From Candidatus Moraniibacteriota bacterium (lineage in GTDB: Bacteria > Patescibacteriota > Minisyncoccia > Moranbacterales > UBA1568): DNA of 64,000 nucleotides. The notes beneath the pieces are model-generated. The model was not told the DNA's origin, ran no database searches, and saw only the letters and a program-made list of their open reading frames with translations. The first letter of the stretch is position 1, and every line of letters begins with the position of its first letter. The stretch lies in NCBI GenBank assembly GCA_963778555.1, contig CAVZUR010000003.1:117704-181703 (forward strand), given 5' to 3'. This document shows, in pieces, positions 61,799 to 64,000 of the stretch. Position numbers and translations under genes: made by a program.

Positions 61799-64000
61799 AT
61801 GGCCGACAAAAAAAAATTACTGGTGCTCATCGATGGGAATGCAATTATCCATCGGTCGTATCATGCCCTGCCGCCGATGGCGACAAAGTCTGGCGAGTCG
61901 GTGCACGCGGTCTACGGGTTCGCCATGACGCTGTTTTCAGTCATCGATAAATTCAAACCCGACTTCATCGCGGCTTCATTCGACCTGCCGGGGCCGACGT
62001 TTCGTGACGAACTATATGCGGACTATAAAGCGACACGGGCGAAGGCCCCGGATGACCTGTACGCGCAGATTCCAAAGGTGAAAGAATTGGTCCAAGCGAT
62101 GAATATCCCGATCTATGAGCTGTCGGGCTACGAGGCGGATGACTGTGTCGGCGCGCTGTCCAAACAGGGCGAGGCTGCCGGCGTCGATGTCGTGATCGTG
62201 ACGGGAGATGCGGATACGCTGCAGCTCGTCACCGACCGAGGTGAAAGTCTATACGCTCCGAAAAGGTCTGAAGGATATGGTGCTGTACGGTATCCCTGAG
62301 GTGACAGAGAAGTATGGATTTCCGCCGGAACGGCTCGTCGACTACAAGGGCTTGCGAGGGGATTCATCGGACAATATTCCCGGCGTGAAAGGTATCGGCG
62401 AAAAGGGCGCGACGGACCTGATTCGGGAATTTGGTTCGCTGGAGAGCATCTATACTGCACTTGAAGAGGTGAAACCGAAGGTGCGAGAGAAGCTTGAGAG
62501 TGAGAGAGAGATGGCGTTTCTTTCAAAAAAGCTTGGCACCATCGATACCGCTGCGCCGGTGACGCTCAGCCTCGATGCATGCGTCACACATGATTTCGAC
62601 CATACCAAGATTGAACACTTTCTCCGCTCGCTTGATTTTTACAGCCTCATGAAACGGATTCCTGGTGGAGAGAGAAAGAATCTAGAATCTGGAATCAAGA
62701 ATCAGGAAAAGACGAAGAAAAGAAAACAAAAAAAGATTGAAACCAAGGACGGGCTTGAATCATGGCTGGGGAGTGTCCAGAATGAGGCGCTCGCGATTGT
62801 ATTGCGCGAGAAAGAAGCCTCACTGTTCGGGAGCGCCGGTATCGAATCGGTCGGTTTAGCGACGGCTGTTGAGGGAGTCGAAGTCGCTTGGAATGAAACC
62901 ACCTACCACACTCTCAGCGCCTTTTTTGCCGATCCGAAGAAGAAAAAGATCACCATCAGCGGTAAAACACTTTCTCATGCGCTTGCAGAAGTTGACATGA
63001 CACTGTCGGGCGTGACGGATGATGTGCTGCTTTCAGCGTATATACTGCATGCTGGCCGACGAGCGGATATCGAATCGCTCGTCCTCGAGTATGCGGGCGC
63101 GGCGTGGTCGGGCCTCACTCTCTCCGAGCAAGCGAAGGCATTGTGTTCCGTGGCCAGCGATCTACGAAACAACCTCGAAGCCTTGGCCACTGAGCAGGGC
63201 GGGAAACACACGGTCATGACACTCCTGCGCGATATCGAATTACCACTCGTGCCGGTCTTGTTCGCGATGGAACGCACCGGCATACTGTTGGAGCCAGAAG
63301 TCTTCCAAAAGCTTTCCCAGGAAATCGACGCCTCGGTGAAGTCGCTGGAGAAAAAAGTCTACAAATATATTGGCAAGGAATTCAATCTGAACTCGCCGAA
63401 GCAGCTGGCTGAAGTTCTTTTCATTGACCTCGCGATACCGACCGAGGGGATCAAGAAGAACAAGACGGGCTACTCGACCGCCTCGCCTGAGCTCGAAAAA
63501 TTGCGCGCCGAGTATCCGATAATAAAACTGATCGAGGACTATCGCGAGCTTTTCAAGCTGAAGACGACGTATGTCGACGTGCTGCCGGGCTTGGTGCATG
63601 CTGACGGCCGTCTCCATACGACATTCCATCAGGATGTCGCATCAACTGGCCGACTCTCTTCAGTCGATCCGAATCTGCAGAATATCCCGATCCGCACTGA
63701 GTGGGGTACTCGTATCCGAACTGGTTTTATCGCTGCCCCTGGGAAAAAACTTGTCGGCGCCGACTACTCGCAGATTGAACTCCGTATCGCCGCGCATCTT
63801 TCAGGGGATGAGAACATGACGTGTGCGTTTCGCGAAGGCGAAGACATCCATCGGGCGACGGCCGCACTCGTACACGGACTCAAGCCGGCCGAAGTCAGCG
63901 ATAGCCTGCGGCGCGAAGCCAAAGCGCTCAATTTCGGCATCATTTATGGTATGGGGGCATATGGGCTTGCCCAGGCGACCGATATGGACCAGAAAACAGC
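61799..64000 (+). CDS. polA: DNA polymerase I (3'-truncated by window; frameshift near 62240)
   Basis: IDGN, YEADD; then GLRGDSSDNIPGV, TGRLSSVDPNLQNIP, ADYSQIELR and NFGIIYG. Confidence 0.96.

Noticed and set aside
6983-62300. Frameshifts in the DHH, UDG, pilB and polA genes read as pseudogenes or programmed frameshifts
   Set aside because: They are single-base indels, often in short runs, in otherwise well-conserved genes including polA. Sequencing or assembly error is the simplest explanation.

Overview
Chromosomal segment from a small-genome bacterium, most likely Patescibacteria/CPR (Parcubacteria-like). This is inferred from the compact housekeeping content, CPR-type VirB2/TrbC-like pilins, several O-antigen ligase-like genes and weak Shine-Dalgarno usage. 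It uses the standard bacterial code. The window spans the replication-origin region (jag-yidC-rnpA-rpmH <> dnaA-dnaN-DUF721). It also holds ftsH, rbfA, rplS, ruvB/ruvC, yebC, tsaE, polA, a PilB/GspE ATPase, nrdAB with ahpC and sod, msrAB, glycosyltransferase/flippase loci and 10 tRNAs. Several genes carry single-base frameshifts that look like assembly errors. The main points of interest are: (1) five parS sites written into the codons of an AT-rich O-antigen ligase-like gene; (2) a coupled five-gene ATP-grasp ligase/protease/deacetylase/DUF1704 peptidase operon that looks like a peptide-tag writer/eraser system; (3) two pilin genes sharing an identical 348-bp core but carrying different Cys-rich defensin-like modules; (4) a promoter-driven ~175-nt structured RNA candidate ahead of an orphan winged-helix gene; (5) a ~180-bp element bounded by a tRNA-Gly 3'-end duplication; and (6) a recent 810-bp tandem duplication in a PA14 adhesin-like gene. 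No database searches were run.
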